Shown: positions 27,268 through 38,341, counted from the first letter of the stretch. The stretch is DNA of 64,000 bases from Verrucomicrobiota bacterium (GCA_039818205.1 JBCBUK010000012.1:1-64000); one strand, 5' to 3'. The notes: generated by a model not told the origin, from the sequence alone. Numbers and translations are program-made.

Positions 27268-30200
27268 CTACTGACCGGGCTCTTCCGCCAGATCTCGGAA
27301 ATACTCCTCGACGAGCTCACGATATTTTTCCGGCGGCGGTCCACCTTCGCGATTGAAGCGCAGCCGCTGCTCACCGATCTCTTTCCGTAAATACTCCTGG
27401 AGCACCCGAGCGGCCGAATCCAGAATGGCAGCTGGAGTTGTTCCTCCGCCACCACCTTCGCCGGCTTGTGGTGCACTCAACTCCGAGCCGAGTTCAACCA
27501 AAGAATCATCGTTCAAGGCACGGCCCGCCTGCGAGAGGGAATCTCCCAACTGACCCAAGGCATCCGATTGCGAATTGGAAGTACCACGCCCCTGGCCTCC
27601 GGGCTGCTGACCATTCTCACCGCCCTGTCCGGGAGAATTCGAATCCTGGCCTGGACCCTGGCCCTGGCCTTGTCCTTGGCCCTCTCCAGATTGAGCCAAA
27701 GAGCCTTCACCTTGTCCCTGGCCTTGTCCCTCTCCATCGCCTTGGCCCTGGCCTTCACCTTCTCCGGCTTGCCCCTCTTGGCCTTGACCAGACTCGGCCT
27801 GGCCTTCCTGCCCTTGGCTACCAGATTGCTCACTTTCGCCTGCGTTACCGGAGTTGCTCGCCTGGGCGACTTCGCGACGCGCGTCAGCGACACGATCGAG
27901 CAACTGACGGAGCTCGGTGGGAGATAGTCCAGGCAACGTTCCAGCCGCTTCGTCCAGCTGGTTAGCAATATTTGCGAGCGCATCGGCGGCGGCATTCTGA
28001 GAGCTCGCTGCCCGCTCATAACGCTCGTAAAGCAATGCATTTGCTGCGCGCGACATGTTGCGATCGACATTCTGCTGACCCGCCTGTCGGGCAACTTGGC
28101 CCAAGGCTTCGGCCGCCTCCGGAAAAACGCCACCGAGGTCTCCAGTCAGCTCGTCCATCTGTCGCTCAAGCTGAGTCCACTCTTCATTCAGGGCTCGCTG
28201 CTGATTCTCCATCGCATCTTTAGTCGCTTCATTTGGCTCACCTTGCGCGGCCCCACGACTGTCGGCTGCAGCAGCACCTTGCCCTTGGGCGATCCGCTCC
28301 GCCTGCTGCGCAAGGCTGGCTATAGCACCCGTAGCCTCACGACGAATGCGCTCGTCAAGCAGCCCAGCTGCATCCATCAGACTGCGCCGCGCCCGCGAAC
28401 CGGCGCGCTCCGCTCGATCCGGATTTCCCGTACCAGCCGCACTGGCTGCTTGTTCCATCTGGCCCGCCGCACCACGCAAAGCATCCCGAACGTTACCACC
28501 TTGACGCAAGCGGCTCATTTCGTCGGTCAGCGTCTCAACTTTTTCAGAAACTTCATCCTGGAGATCCTGCAACTCTTGCCGCTCAGATTCACCCATTTGG
28601 CCTGGCGCCCGTTCAAAGCGACGATTCATGGTCGCTTGCTCATCGCTGAGACGGTTAATCTCTTCCAACGCATCCTGCATATCCGCCATCGACATGCCGG
28701 TGTCTGATTCGCCCTCCTCTTGAGGTTGCTCACCCGACGCCTGGGATTCCGACTGGCCACCACCGCCCCCAGCCCCTTGCTGCTGAGGCGGAAAGAGTGC
28801 CTGCAAATATTTCTCCAACCGAATCAACAGCGACATCGACTCCTGCATCGGAAAAATCGCATCTCCCGGAAGGTTCGCATTCGCTGCCTCTTCGGCATCG
28901 ACCATGCGATAAATTGCGTCGAGAAACATCTCGTACGGAAGGCCCTCTTCGATAGTGCCGAGAACACCGCCGACTTGGCCCAAAATCCCTTGCGATTCCG
29001 TTGCGAGCTGTGCCAGGTTAGCCCCCAGCTCCTGGCTGCCCAGCGTGCGTCGCTCTCCTTCTTCTAAATCGACTTGATAAGCGTTTCGGATCAAGCGCTT
29101 GAGCTCGGTTATGATTGCGCGCAGATCGACATCCTGTTCGCCGCCTCCTTCGCCGCCTCCGCCACCTTGCTCATTCTCCTGCTCGGGGCCGTCGATCTCT
29201 TCAACAACCTCGATAAAATAAATCTCGGAACGACTGACCTGCGGATCGGGCTCACGATTGTCCCAGGCTTTCGCGAAGTAGGTGATGACATCGCCAAACT
29301 CAACTCCCATCCGGCCCACTTCCAATACCGGCAAACCAGTATGTTCGAGGGGATGATTTTCGTCCGTAGAAAAGATCTTGATCGGAGAGCGTGGCAATCC
29401 CGAAACACTAAGCTCAATCTCTACTCGGCTGACACCATAGTCATCAGCAGCATAGATCTCCATCGGGACAATATCGTCGAGAACAGCCTTGGAGTCCTGG
29501 CCTGGATCAATAATCGCAACAGTCGGTGGTTCATCTGGTTTCACCTCGAGCAAAAAGCGATCCGTCACAGCGCCGCGACCGTCGTCGTTCTGCATCCGAA
29601 ACTGATACTCAGTCGTTTCCTCAGCGATTACAGTGATCTCTTTTTCGAACGCCGTTTCCTCATCGCCAACCCGAAGCCATGTTTCAACCCCGTCCGCCAC
29701 GTTGACCTTGAAATTTACCTCACTACCTTCGACAACAAACAAATCAAGTAGACGCTCAAATGCCAGCGGCTCTTCGCCGGTGTATGCTGGCGGCTGCACC
29801 GCAATCTCGAGCGATTCAATCTCTGGCGGCTCGTAGACGCCGACCTCAAACCAACGAGATTCCAAAGATGGAGTAACGACGCGATACGCAAACGACTCAT
29901 CCAAGGAATACCAGGTAAAATCAAACTGATCACTACCCATCAACGCCATCGGGTAACGTTCGACCCGACCGTCGTCCGATCGGTATTCAATGAACGCTTC
30001 CTGTTCCCAACGCGTGACTTCTGCTTCAACCAGTAGATCCGATTTACGCGGAGCATCCACACTGCCAGGGCCAACAATGAGGCCAGACGGACTCCCCTTC
30101 AGAAAGTCGACGTAATAGAATCGCGCCTTACTCATGACCCGCGATTCCATTGCCCAGTTCGACAAGAAAAATGAAGCGATCACGATGCCGATAATCGCGA

Positions 30201-30642
30201 AGGGATGCGCCCGACGAGGCAAAGTTGCTGTGCGAAAATTCAGCTCTTGAGATCGTTCTTCAACCGAGCGGAATAAAGCTGCTTCAAGTTGGTTCTGGGG
30301 GCCTCCCTGAAGCATCTGAAGCTCAACAGCCGTCGAAAGGCTTTCGTTTAAATCCGGATAACGATCTTCAACCGCACGGGCTAACGAAACGACACTCGGC
30401 CGCTTCACGATCGCCAGAATCAAAGCAGCAACATAGGCGACACCAGCCAAAATTGTCAGCGTAAGGATGAACCGAAAGGCCGACGCCTCTTGCCAGCTAT
30501 CAAGCGCATCGAGCCCATTCGCAACCATGATTGCGATACTGAACAAGCCCAGAAACGAAAACGCCAATACGATAACGAGGAGCCAAAGCAAGGCACCTCG
30601 TTGCCACTGTAAACGCTGATAAAATTCCGGTATCGGATTCAC
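27268..30642 (-). CDS. Membrane-anchored DUF4175-like protein with Ig-like, coiled-coil and Gln/Gly-rich regions
   Basis: 3 N-terminal TMs, AADDYGV, long helical Q/E/A region, C-terminal PPEKYRELVEEYFRDL. Confidence 0.7.
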   Translation of the reverse strand: MNPIPEFYQRLQWQRGALLWLLVIVLAFSFLGLFSIAIMVANGLDALDSWQEASAFRFILTLTILAGVAYVAALILAIVKRPSVVSLARAVEDRYPDLNESLSTAVELQMLQGGPQNQLEAALFRSVEERSQELNFRTATLPRRAHPFAIIGIVIASFFLSNWAMESRVMSKARFYYVDFLKGSPSGLIVGPGSVDAPRKSDLLVEAEVTRWEQEAFIEYRSDDGRVERYPMALMGSDQFDFTWYSLDESFAYRVVTPSLESRWFEVGVYEPPEIESLEIAVQPPAYTGEEPLAFERLLDLFVVEGSEVNFKVNVADGVETWLRVGDEETAFEKEITVIAEETTEYQFRMQNDDGRGAVTDRFLLEVKPDEPPTVAIIDPGQDSKAVLDDIVPMEIYAADDYGVSRVEIELSVSGLPRSPIKIFSTDENHPLEHTGLPVLEVGRMGVEFGDVITYFAKAWDNREPDPQVSRSEIYFIEVVEEIDGPEQENEQGGGGGEGGGEQDVDLRAIITELKRLIRNAYQVDLEEGERRTLGSQELGANLAQLATESQGILGQVGGVLGTIEEGLPYEMFLDAIYRMVDAEEAANANLPGDAIFPMQESMSLLIRLEKYLQALFPPQQQGAGGGGGQSESQASGEQPQEEGESDTGMSMADMQDALEEINRLSDEQATMNRRFERAPGQMGESERQELQDLQDEVSEKVETLTDEMSRLRQGGNVRDALRGAAGQMEQAASAAGTGNPDRAERAGSRARRSLMDAAGLLDERIRREATGAIASLAQQAERIAQGQGAAAADSRGAAQGEPNEATKDAMENQQRALNEEWTQLERQMDELTGDLGGVFPEAAEALGQVARQAGQQNVDRNMSRAANALLYERYERAASSQNAAADALANIANQLDEAAGTLPGLSPTELRQLLDRVADARREVAQASNSGNAGESEQSGSQGQEGQAESGQGQEGQAGEGEGQGQGDGEGQGQGQGEGSLAQSGEGQGQGQGQGPGQDSNSPGQGGENGQQPGGQGRGTSNSQSDALGQLGDSLSQAGRALNDDSLVELGSELSAPQAGEGGGGGTTPAAILDSAARVLQEYLRKEIGEQRLRFNREGGPPPEKYRELVEEYFRDLAEEPGQ
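27647..27818 (-). repeat. Low-complexity GQ/GE repeat within the DUF4175-like gene
   Basis: GQGQEGQAGEGEGQGQGDGEGQGQGQG...GQGQGQGQGPG. Confidence 0.8.
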
Positions 30643-32630
30643 GCTGCTCCCTTGGTTGGTATCGATGACCGTGCGGCCACCAATGATTCAAATGCACAGG
30701 CTAATAGACCCAAAGCTCCAAGCCAAGGCCATAAGGGAACTCCAGATTCCGTTTCGGGCTCGGCTCCCGGACTGAGCGTTCGCCCGTTACCCGCGAGCAC
30801 ACGGCCGCGCACATCGGACAGCACCGCCCCCTGCGGTACCGATTCCTCCCGCGAAATGTTGATCGCAATCGGCTCACCACCAACATCAATCACGCCTGGC
30901 GCTTCCGTTGGATTTTCCGCCACCGACTCACCCAAATACTGGAGAGGCAGGGCGTCGCCGATGGCCAGGCTAACGGCTTCATCCTCCTCCGAGACGCTCT
31001 CCCCCAACATCTCCCAAAGCAACGGGACGAAGGAATTTCGCAACGGAATATCGGAGGCCGCAGTATCCAAATCCAACAGACTGATGATCACCGCGCCTTT
31101 GCCCAAGCGCTCCCGGAGGATCAGCGGATCGCCCGTTTCCGTTTCCAATAGAATCTCCGACGATGGGCCTGGCTTCACACTCCAATATTCATAGATGTCG
31201 GCCAAATACAAATCCTCCCGCGCATCTTCGTCGAACACCTGAGCCAACGCACCGCCGGCCGGGAGGTCACCAACCCGATACACAGTCGAGCGATCCCGTG
31301 CCCGCCGAGGCTTTCCAGTATACGCCGTTTCCGAAATGCCGGCCTCGCGCATCCCACGGAACATGCGTGGTGAAGCCTTACTTGGCGTCACCAAAAGCAC
31401 GCCGCCACCTTCAACAAAAAGCTTAATCTGGGCCCAGGCATCGCCGTCAAAATACGCACCGGTCCCGGGAAGATAAAGCGCATCTACTTGGCTTAGCCAA
31501 TTGGGGTTGCGCCCATCGACTGCCACGAAATCAAAACGCTTAGCCGCCGACTCATCACCGACTTCAAGGGCGCGTCCAACAAAACTCGCCTCCATCATCT
31601 TCTGCGGCTCGTCCTCGGCTGGAATCATGGCTCCAACGACAAAGCCAACTTCGCCACCAAGCCAGAAGTGAAACTGGTCATCCCCTAGATAAAGATTTTC
31701 CTCGGGCCAAGATTCCTCTGAATCAACGGTCAACTTAAGCAAGGCTGCTTGCCCGTTCGCCGGAGCTGCCTCGGCCGGAACCGACAGCACGACCAGGTCC
31801 GTGGAATTCGGGGCTAGATCGACCGTGGCTTCTACCGCAAAACCATCCAAATTCAGAGTGACGGGGACCGGCTCTGACCAATCGTTTTTTACCCGGGCAT
31901 AGATCCGCAACGATCCATCGCTCGCCGGAAAAACCCGCACGGTTTGGATGCCAACATTGCGCTCAGGTTCATTCCGCAAGGAGACAAGTTCGAGTTCCGT
32001 TCCAACGGGAAAACGAGCTGCCGAAGCCTTCTGCCAATCCGAAGCCTGAAAATCCGAAAACACCACGACCTTACCAGGGCGACCATCCAACATCCCCGCA
32101 GCTGCCGCCAAACCAACAGAAGGTTTGCCTGCCCGGTCGAGCTCCAGCGGTGCGTCGGACAAGCTCTTGAGCGCAGCTCCACGATCAAGGGTTGGGGGCT
32201 GGCTCACGATTACTTGATCATCATAAACAACTAGGCCAATCGCAGAATCACTCGGCAATCCGTCCAGATACTGTTCCATCGCATCGCGAAGGCGTTGATC
32301 CATTCCCCGCTGCCCCATACTCGCGGAGGCATCGACCACGAATACCGTGACCGGCGAATCCGCAAGAACCGGAGCCTCGCTGCCCGGACTTACCCAACGC
32401 GGGTTCGCCAAGGCAAGAATCACCGCTGCATACACCAGCAGGCGTAGCATCAGGAGAAGAAAATCCCGTAAACGGCGACGCCCCTGCTGAGGCAACTTCG
32501 ATGGCTCGATGAATCGGGTTGATGGAAAGCGCTGCAAAACCGCCCGCTCACGGTTGATCAAGTGCACGATGATCGGTGCCGCCAATGCCGCCAACCCCCA
32601 CAGGAAAAGTGGTGCCCCAAAGGTTAACAC
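30639..32630 (-). CDS. BatA N-terminal + vWA domain membrane protein
   Basis: APIIVHLINR...FPSTRF...LLLMLRLL...LANP; DASASM MIDAS; VFSDFQ; C-terminal TM. Confidence 0.85.
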   Translation of the reverse strand: MLTFGAPLFLWGLAALAAPIIVHLINRERAVLQRFPSTRFIEPSKLPQQGRRRLRDFLLLMLRLLVYAAVILALANPRWVSPGSEAPVLADSPVTVFVVDASASMGQRGMDQRLRDAMEQYLDGLPSDSAIGLVVYDDQVIVSQPPTLDRGAALKSLSDAPLELDRAGKPSVGLAAAAGMLDGRPGKVVVFSDFQASDWQKASAARFPVGTELELVSLRNEPERNVGIQTVRVFPASDGSLRIYARVKNDWSEPVPVTLNLDGFAVEATVDLAPNSTDLVVLSVPAEAAPANGQAALLKLTVDSEESWPEENLYLGDDQFHFWLGGEVGFVVGAMIPAEDEPQKMMEASFVGRALEVGDESAAKRFDFVAVDGRNPNWLSQVDALYLPGTGAYFDGDAWAQIKLFVEGGGVLLVTPSKASPRMFRGMREAGISETAYTGKPRRARDRSTVYRVGDLPAGGALAQVFDEDAREDLYLADIYEYWSVKPGPSSEILLETETGDPLILRERLGKGAVIISLLDLDTAASDIPLRNSFVPLLWEMLGESVSEEDEAVSLAIGDALPLQYLGESVAENPTEAPGVIDVGGEPIAINISREESVPQGAVLSDVRGRVLAGNGRTLSPGAEPETESGVPLWPWLGALGLLACAFESLVAARSSIPTKGAA

Positions 32631-32690
32631 GGAGCACCTTTCGACTGAGCGCGGTTGGATATCGACAATAGACGCATGATTTACTTTGTT

Positions 32691-33587
32691 TTACAAAGTT
32701 CGATGGTGAAGATACTTAGCCAATGCCAAACCAAGACTGTCGGTCGTCTGCATTCGCAGGTAGTCGACCTGATTCTTAAAGAAGCCTTGGCGCAGGGTTT
32801 CGATGAAAGTCGACATACGCTCACTGTATTGATCCCGAACCGTTTGCGGCCAGGCAATTACCTCTCGCCCAGCTTCCATATCTTTGAAACGAGTCACCTG
32901 TGGCTGCGGCAAATCCAGTTCATCCGGATCCAGCACTTGCAAGGCAATCACGTCACAATGCCGATAGCGAAAGTTACGCAGCAAAGCCGGCAGCGTGTCT
33001 TCAGCCTCCAACATATCGGAAATCAAAACGACGATTCCCCGGTGTTTAAACGGATGCGTTAAATTATCTAAAGTGCGTTGATGCGCCGCGGCGCCATGCG
33101 GTTGCAAGCGAGTCAACGCATGCATCACTCGAGTCAGCTGGCCACTCCGATGACCCGGTTCAACTGCCTCCAACAATTCATCGCTGTAGGCAAATAAGCC
33201 AACGTTGTCCCCCTGCCGCCCTGCAAGATAAGAAATGCAGGCCGCAATCATCGCCGCATAGCGGAACTTCGTACAAACGGACCGCTCACCGCCGTAGTCC
33301 ATCGACCCGGAACAATCAAGCAACACGGTGCAGTTCATGTTCGTTTCCTCCTGATAGACCTTAGTGTAAAGTCGGTCGCTGCGCGCCAAGACTTTCCAAT
33401 CCAGATACTTCAGATCTTCTCCCGGCGTGTAATTGCGGTACTGCAAGAACTCGGTACCAAAACCATGAAACACACTGCGGTGCATCCCGCTGAGAAAGCC
33501 CTCCACCGCCGTCCGCGCCAGCAATTGCATGTTCGCGATCTGCGTCAAATGCGCGGGGTCTAATAGATCTTTGATCGTGGTGGGCAT
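32691..33587 (-). CDS. DUF58 (vWA-like) protein
   Basis: GMHRS..GFGTEF..YRNY.PGEDL..LDWK; DCSGSM; ISD. Confidence 0.9.
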   Translation of the reverse strand: MPTTIKDLLDPAHLTQIANMQLLARTAVEGFLSGMHRSVFHGFGTEFLQYRNYTPGEDLKYLDWKVLARSDRLYTKVYQEETNMNCTVLLDCSGSMDYGGERSVCTKFRYAAMIAACISYLAGRQGDNVGLFAYSDELLEAVEPGHRSGQLTRVMHALTRLQPHGAAAHQRTLDNLTHPFKHRGIVVLISDMLEAEDTLPALLRNFRYRHCDVIALQVLDPDELDLPQPQVTRFKDMEAGREVIAWPQTVRDQYSERMSTFIETLRQGFFKNQVDYLRMQTTDSLGLALAKYLHHRTL

Positions 33588-33741
33588 GGAGAAATCAGAT
33601 TAATCGCTGGGGAGGAAAATTATTGGTTGTTTCCCGCGGCATTCCATGTCTCCCCAGGTTTGGCAAAATTGAATCAAACAGATTTATATAAACCCGCCAA
33701 CCCGTGCCTTCATTTATCACTTCGAATGCCATCAACGAGTC

Positions 33742-34749
33742 TTAGCCTTGCACCGTGGTTAAGAGCTCACCGATCAGTTGGTCGGAGGTCACGCCTTCGG
33801 CTTCGGCGTGGAAACTTGGAATCACCCGGTGGCGCAATACCGGCGTGGCGAGGGCTTTGATGTCTTCCATCGAGACGTTATAACGCCCGTCGAGCAATGC
33901 GCGGGCCTTGCCAGCGAGAACCAACGCCTGCGAGGCGCGGGAGCCAGCGCCCCACTTGATTTTTTCCTTCGCCAAGGCCGTGGCATCCGCCAAGGTCGGC
34001 CGAGTCGCACTGACCAGGTTGACCGCGTAACGAACCACCTCAGTGCCAACCGGCACCGAACGAACCAAGCCTTGGATTTCTTCAATCTCCGGTCCCGTCA
34101 AAACTGCCTGTGGCGTTTCTCGATCCGGCGAAGTGGTCGCCGCAACCATGGCCACCTCATCTTCCGTCGGGAGATAATCCATGACTGTGTTGAGCAAAAA
34201 GCGGTCCAGCTGGGCTTCCGGCAAGGGATACGTCCCCTCCAGTTCAATTGGGTTTTGCGTCGCCAGCACGAAAAACGGCGGCGTGAGCGGATGCGTCTCA
34301 CCGGCAGCCGTCACCTGGCGCTCTTCCATCGACTCCAGCAGAGCCGCCTGGGTCTTCGGCGGGGTCCGGTTGATTTCGTCGGCCAAAACCACATTGGCAA
34401 AGATCGGCCCTTTCACGAAACGAAACGCGCGCTTGCCTGTCGCAGGATCTTCCTCGACCACCTCGGTTCCAAATATGTCGGCGGGCATCAAGTCGGGAGT
34501 AAACTGTATCCGCTTGAACTCCAACGACATACTTTCAGCAAGGCTACGCACTAGCAAGGTCTTCCCAAGCCCAGGAACACCGGTCAGCAGGGCATGCCCA
34601 CGAGCAAACATCGAAATGATGAGCTGCTCAATAACCTCATCCTGCCCCACCACGGCCTTCCGAAGCTCTTTCATCAGGCGGTCACGAATCTCGTGCACGC
34701 GGGCTACGGCGTTTTCTCCGGAAACAGAAATTGGGGGTGGTTGGCTCAT
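33742..34749 (-). CDS. MoxR family AAA+ ATPase
   Basis: GVPGLGKT, RIQFTPDLMPAD, LADEINRTPPKTQAALLE, ATQNPIE.EGTYPLPEAQLDRF. Confidence 0.95.
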   Translation of the reverse strand: MSQPPPISVSGENAVARVHEIRDRLMKELRKAVVGQDEVIEQLIISMFARGHALLTGVPGLGKTLLVRSLAESMSLEFKRIQFTPDLMPADIFGTEVVEEDPATGKRAFRFVKGPIFANVVLADEINRTPPKTQAALLESMEERQVTAAGETHPLTPPFFVLATQNPIELEGTYPLPEAQLDRFLLNTVMDYLPTEDEVAMVAATTSPDRETPQAVLTGPEIEEIQGLVRSVPVGTEVVRYAVNLVSATRPTLADATALAKEKIKWGAGSRASQALVLAGKARALLDGRYNVSMEDIKALATPVLRHRVIPSFHAEAEGVTSDQLIGELLTTVQG

Positions 34750-34903
34750 AACGATTTGCGAAAATTGATTTGATTAGTGGAGAAACTTAAAAACTAACGG
34801 AGTTCCCGCAAATGCTTCGATAAAAAAGTGATCACTTTCCGGGATTGAAATAATTCCTTGGCTCTCCGTCGGATTCGCCCATTTTAGCGCGGATACTCAC
34901 TGC

Positions 34904-36334
34904 ATGCTATTTCACACGACTGAATTCCTCGGCTTCCTAGCGGTCGTTTTTGGCCTCTACTGGCTGTTAGCCAAAAAGTTACGCTGGCAGAACACGTTGA
35001 TTCTGGCCGCTAGCTACTTCTTCTATGGCTGCTGGGATTGGCGCTTCCTCCTGCTGATTGCCCTTAGTTCGATCACCGATTACCTGGTAGCGCTCAACAT
35101 GGAGCGCGGGCCCCGCAAATGGCTCCTGGCCCTCAGCTTGGTTGTAAATCTGGGCATGCTGGGTGTTTTCAAATACTTCGATTTTTTCGTCGGCTCTCTC
35201 AGCGACCTGCTGAGCACGCTCGGTTTCTCGCCAAATTTGACGCTCCTTGGCCTGATCACACCGGTCGGCATCAGTTTCTACACCTTTCAAACGCTCAGCT
35301 ACACCATCGATGTCTATAACCGCAAAATCGAGCCGCTGCGGGACCCAATTGCCTTTTTCTCCTACGTTTCTTTTTTCCCTCAGCTGGTTGCTGGCCCAAT
35401 TGAGCGCGCGCAAAATCTCTTACCGCAGTTTACCCGCAATCGCCAATTCGACTATGCTTTCGCGGTTTCCGGCTGCCGACTCTTCCTGTGGGGCCTTGCC
35501 AAAAAGGTATTTGTCGCCGACCCCGCGGGACGCCTTTGCGATCATGGTTTTGCCAACTATACCGAGGAACCGGGATGGCGTCTCTACTTCTACGTAATCG
35601 CTTTTGCCTTCCAGATTTACGGAGACTTCTCCGGCTATACCGATATGGCCCGCGGCGTCGCCCGCATGTTTGGCTTCGATCTGATGCAAAATTTCCGAAC
35701 CCCCTACTTTGCCACCAGCATTGCAGATTTCTGGCGCCGGTGGCATATATCCCTGACGACTTGGTTCCGCGACTACGTGTTCATACCCCTGGGCGGCAGT
35801 CGAGGGCCCAAGCGCACGACCCTAATCAACGTGATCATCGTTTTCCTCGTGAGCGGCTTCTGGCACGGAGCGAACTGGACGTTTATTGCCTGGGGCGCGA
35901 TCAATGCCCTCCTGTTTATTCCGAGCATCTTCCTGCCTGGCAAAAAACGGGACCCCGAATCCGAAACGGGCCTGATCCCCAGGTTTTCAGACCTTGTTCG
36001 AATCCTAGTCACCTTCAACTTGGTCTGCGTTACCTGGATATTCTTTCGGGCCCCGAATCTCGGCACCGCTTTCGACTACCTGAAGTCGATGATCTTCAAC
36101 AGTCTCGCGGCTCCCGGCGGAATCGTAGTCGCTATTCGGCACTTTGCCAAAGAACCCGCTTTCTGGTCGATCGCAACGCTCCTCGTTTTGGAATGGATTG
36201 GTACCCGGACGCGGTTTAAGATCGATCTGATCCCGACACCCATACGCTGGGCGATCTACCTAGTTGTGTTCCTATCTGCGGTTCTCATCACCCACTTTGG
36301 CAGCAAGGAAAAGTTCATCTATTTCCAATTCTAA
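34904..36334 (+). CDS. MBOAT O-acyltransferase (AlgI/DltB-like)
   Basis: PVGISFYTFQ, FFPQLVAGPI, DFSGYTD, FWRRWHISL, SGFWHGA. Confidence 0.92.
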   Translation: MLFHTTEFLGFLAVVFGLYWLLAKKLRWQNTLILAASYFFYGCWDWRFLLLIALSSITDYLVALNMERGPRKWLLALSLVVNLGMLGVFKYFDFFVGSLSDLLSTLGFSPNLTLLGLITPVGISFYTFQTLSYTIDVYNRKIEPLRDPIAFFSYVSFFPQLVAGPIERAQNLLPQFTRNRQFDYAFAVSGCRLFLWGLAKKVFVADPAGRLCDHGFANYTEEPGWRLYFYVIAFAFQIYGDFSGYTDMARGVARMFGFDLMQNFRTPYFATSIADFWRRWHISLTTWFRDYVFIPLGGSRGPKRTTLINVIIVFLVSGFWHGANWTFIAWGAINALLFIPSIFLPGKKRDPESETGLIPRFSDLVRILVTFNLVCVTWIFFRAPNLGTAFDYLKSMIFNSLAAPGGIVVAIRHFAKEPAFWSIATLLVLEWIGTRTRFKIDLIPTPIRWAIYLVVFLSAVLITHFGSKEKFIYFQF

Positions 36335-36340
36335 GGCCTC

Positions 36341-37273
36341 ATGAAACGCTTCATCATAAAATTGATCGCAATCAGCGCCATTGGAGCCGGTGTCCTGTGG
36401 AGCCTCGCTCTTGTCCTGGATCGGCAACCCTACAAAGACCAGAACAACGTCTTCTTCTGGGCCTTGGCGCATCAGGACGCACACCTTGATATCGCCTTCG
36501 TCGGCTCTTCGCGAGTTGCCAATATGATCGATCCAGCCGCGTTCGATGCGGTCGCTGGGACCCGCTCAATCAATCTTGGCGTTGGCGGCGGAACAGCGGT
36601 CGACTCCTACCTTTTGCTCAAGAAATTCCTGGAGAAGAACCAAGTCGATGCCGTCATCCTCAACATCGACTACCTGACCATAAGCAACTTCTTCGACCTC
36701 CCTTTCCGGGCCTCAGCCTGGAGCCTCTACCTTGACGACGAAGAGGTCTATGACGCCTATCAGAAGATTCATGGACCGAACAAGGCCAGCCTTCTAAAAT
36801 ATGCCCCAACAATACGGCATTTTGAGCATGGTCACGAATATCGTTACTACCTCTTCAATGATCCGCCGGATTCATCGCGGCTCGATGCCACTCAAGGAGC
36901 GCGCCTAAAGGACTCCGCCGCCCACCAAGCAGCGTATCAATACCGGATAACGAAGGCCGACCCGCTGGCCATGGAATATCTCGAGAAAACAATCGCGCTT
37001 TGCCAGGAAAAGGGAATCAATCTCATCCTTGTGCGTGGCCCATTTCATCCTCAGGTCGATGATTTCGCCGACCGCAGCGCGAGCAACCAAACGATCCGGA
37101 AACTCATGACAGAGCATGACCTGGTCCTTTTGGATTATGCCGAATTGTTTCCGAATGACGACGCGTTCTTCAATCTGAATCATACCAAATCCGAACCATC
37201 GCGCCACTACTCAACCGAGCTGGCAAAAGCATTCCAAGATCTCAATTCGGCAAACCAAGACGGGGAGAAATAG
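36341..37273 (+). CDS. Periplasmic SGNH-like partner of the MBOAT protein
   Basis: N-terminal TM, FVGSSR, SINLGVGG, late N.NH; 6 bp after the MBOAT gene. Confidence 0.65.
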   Translation: MKRFIIKLIAISAIGAGVLWSLALVLDRQPYKDQNNVFFWALAHQDAHLDIAFVGSSRVANMIDPAAFDAVAGTRSINLGVGGGTAVDSYLLLKKFLEKNQVDAVILNIDYLTISNFFDLPFRASAWSLYLDDEEVYDAYQKIHGPNKASLLKYAPTIRHFEHGHEYRYYLFNDPPDSSRLDATQGARLKDSAAHQAAYQYRITKADPLAMEYLEKTIALCQEKGINLILVRGPFHPQVDDFADRSASNQTIRKLMTEHDLVLLDYAELFPNDDAFFNLNHTKSEPSRHYSTELAKAFQDLNSANQDGEK

Positions 37274-37276
37274 CGC

Positions 37277-37633
37277 ATGAAACACATTGCCCGACACGAC
37301 AGCGGATGGATCGCCGGCGAAGGCTACCGCAAGCAACCATTGCTGCTCCCGGAGGACCTCAACTGCGACGGAGCACTTGTGCAGATCGTCGAAATCCCGC
37401 CTCATGCCCACTGCCCGGATCACTACCACCGCAAGCAAACCGAAGTATTCTACGTTCTGGAGGGCCGCGGTGAGATATCCGTTGCGGGAAAGCAGATAAA
37501 GCTCGGGCCCGGCGATCTACTGACCACCGAGCCCGGCGAAATTCACAATGCAACAAATCCGTATGACGAGGTCTTCCGCTATGTCGTCTTCAAAACAAAT
37601 TGGGACCCCGAGGATTCGTATTGGAACGACTAA
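37277..37633 (+). CDS. Cupin domain protein
   Basis: HYH...EVFYVLEG...PGEIH. Confidence 0.88.
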   Translation: MKHIARHDSGWIAGEGYRKQPLLLPEDLNCDGALVQIVEIPPHAHCPDHYHRKQTEVFYVLEGRGEISVAGKQIKLGPGDLLTTEPGEIHNATNPYDEVFRYVVFKTNWDPEDSYWND

Positions 37634-38341
37634 TTAGTCACGGCTCATAAAAATCCGGAGCACATACCAGAAAAGTAGCGCGACTGCCGCAAAGAGCTCC
37701 AAAGAGGCACCGACGTACTGATTTTCTTCATAGTGGTGCAGAATATTCGAGGTCGTGTAGAGAATCGCGCCCGCGGCCAAAAATACCATTGCGGCAGAGA
37801 ACCACAAGCCAAGCGAGAAACCAAAAAGAACCGCGGCAACAATGAGCCCCAAGGCAACGAACATTCCGACCGTTAGGATCGAACCCATGAACGAAAAGTC
37901 CTTGCGGGTAATAAAGACGGTCGCAGTCAGACCACCGACAAGCAGTAAGGTCACGATCCCTGCTTGGGCAATCAACGAATTATCCCCAGCTTGCATCTGA
38001 GCCAGTAATAGAATCGGAACAAAAATAAGCGCTTCAGCTACAACATAGAGACCAAGGCCAGCATACTGCGCGCCCAAGGATTTCGTGTTGGCCGCAAAAC
38101 TCCGAGCAACCCAACCGATGATCATAAAGCCGCCCAAAACCATTAACCAAGCAGCACCACCGGATTGCAAGATGCCGATGGCGGCATTGCGGACTGGCTC
38201 AAGACTGAGGAGGAGAGATTCGAGCCCAACAAACGCCAGGATCGCTCCGGCGAGATGAGCGTAGGTGCGGCGGATGAAGCGAGCGCGCGTGTCGGGCGCC
38301 GCATCAGCCATGGAACGAACTGGATAATTTTGAGAATACAT
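37634..38341 (-). CDS. Bax inhibitor-1/YccA family membrane protein
   Basis: FIRRTYAHL, ~7 TMs, RKDFSF, LFWYVLRI. Confidence 0.85.
   Translation of the reverse strand: MYSQNYPVRSMADAAPDTRARFIRRTYAHLAGAILAFVGLESLLLSLEPVRNAAIGILQSGGAAWLMVLGGFMIIGWVARSFAANTKSLGAQYAGLGLYVVAEALIFVPILLLAQMQAGDNSLIAQAGIVTLLLVGGLTATVFITRKDFSFMGSILTVGMFVALGLIVAAVLFGFSLGLWFSAAMVFLAAGAILYTTSNILHHYEENQYVGASLELFAAVALLFWYVLRIFMSRD

Noticed and set aside
33607..33657. CTGGGGAG...CTCCCCAG stem between MoxR and DUF58 genes
   Set aside because: Single 8-bp stem with a weak interior; no known RNA motif recognised.
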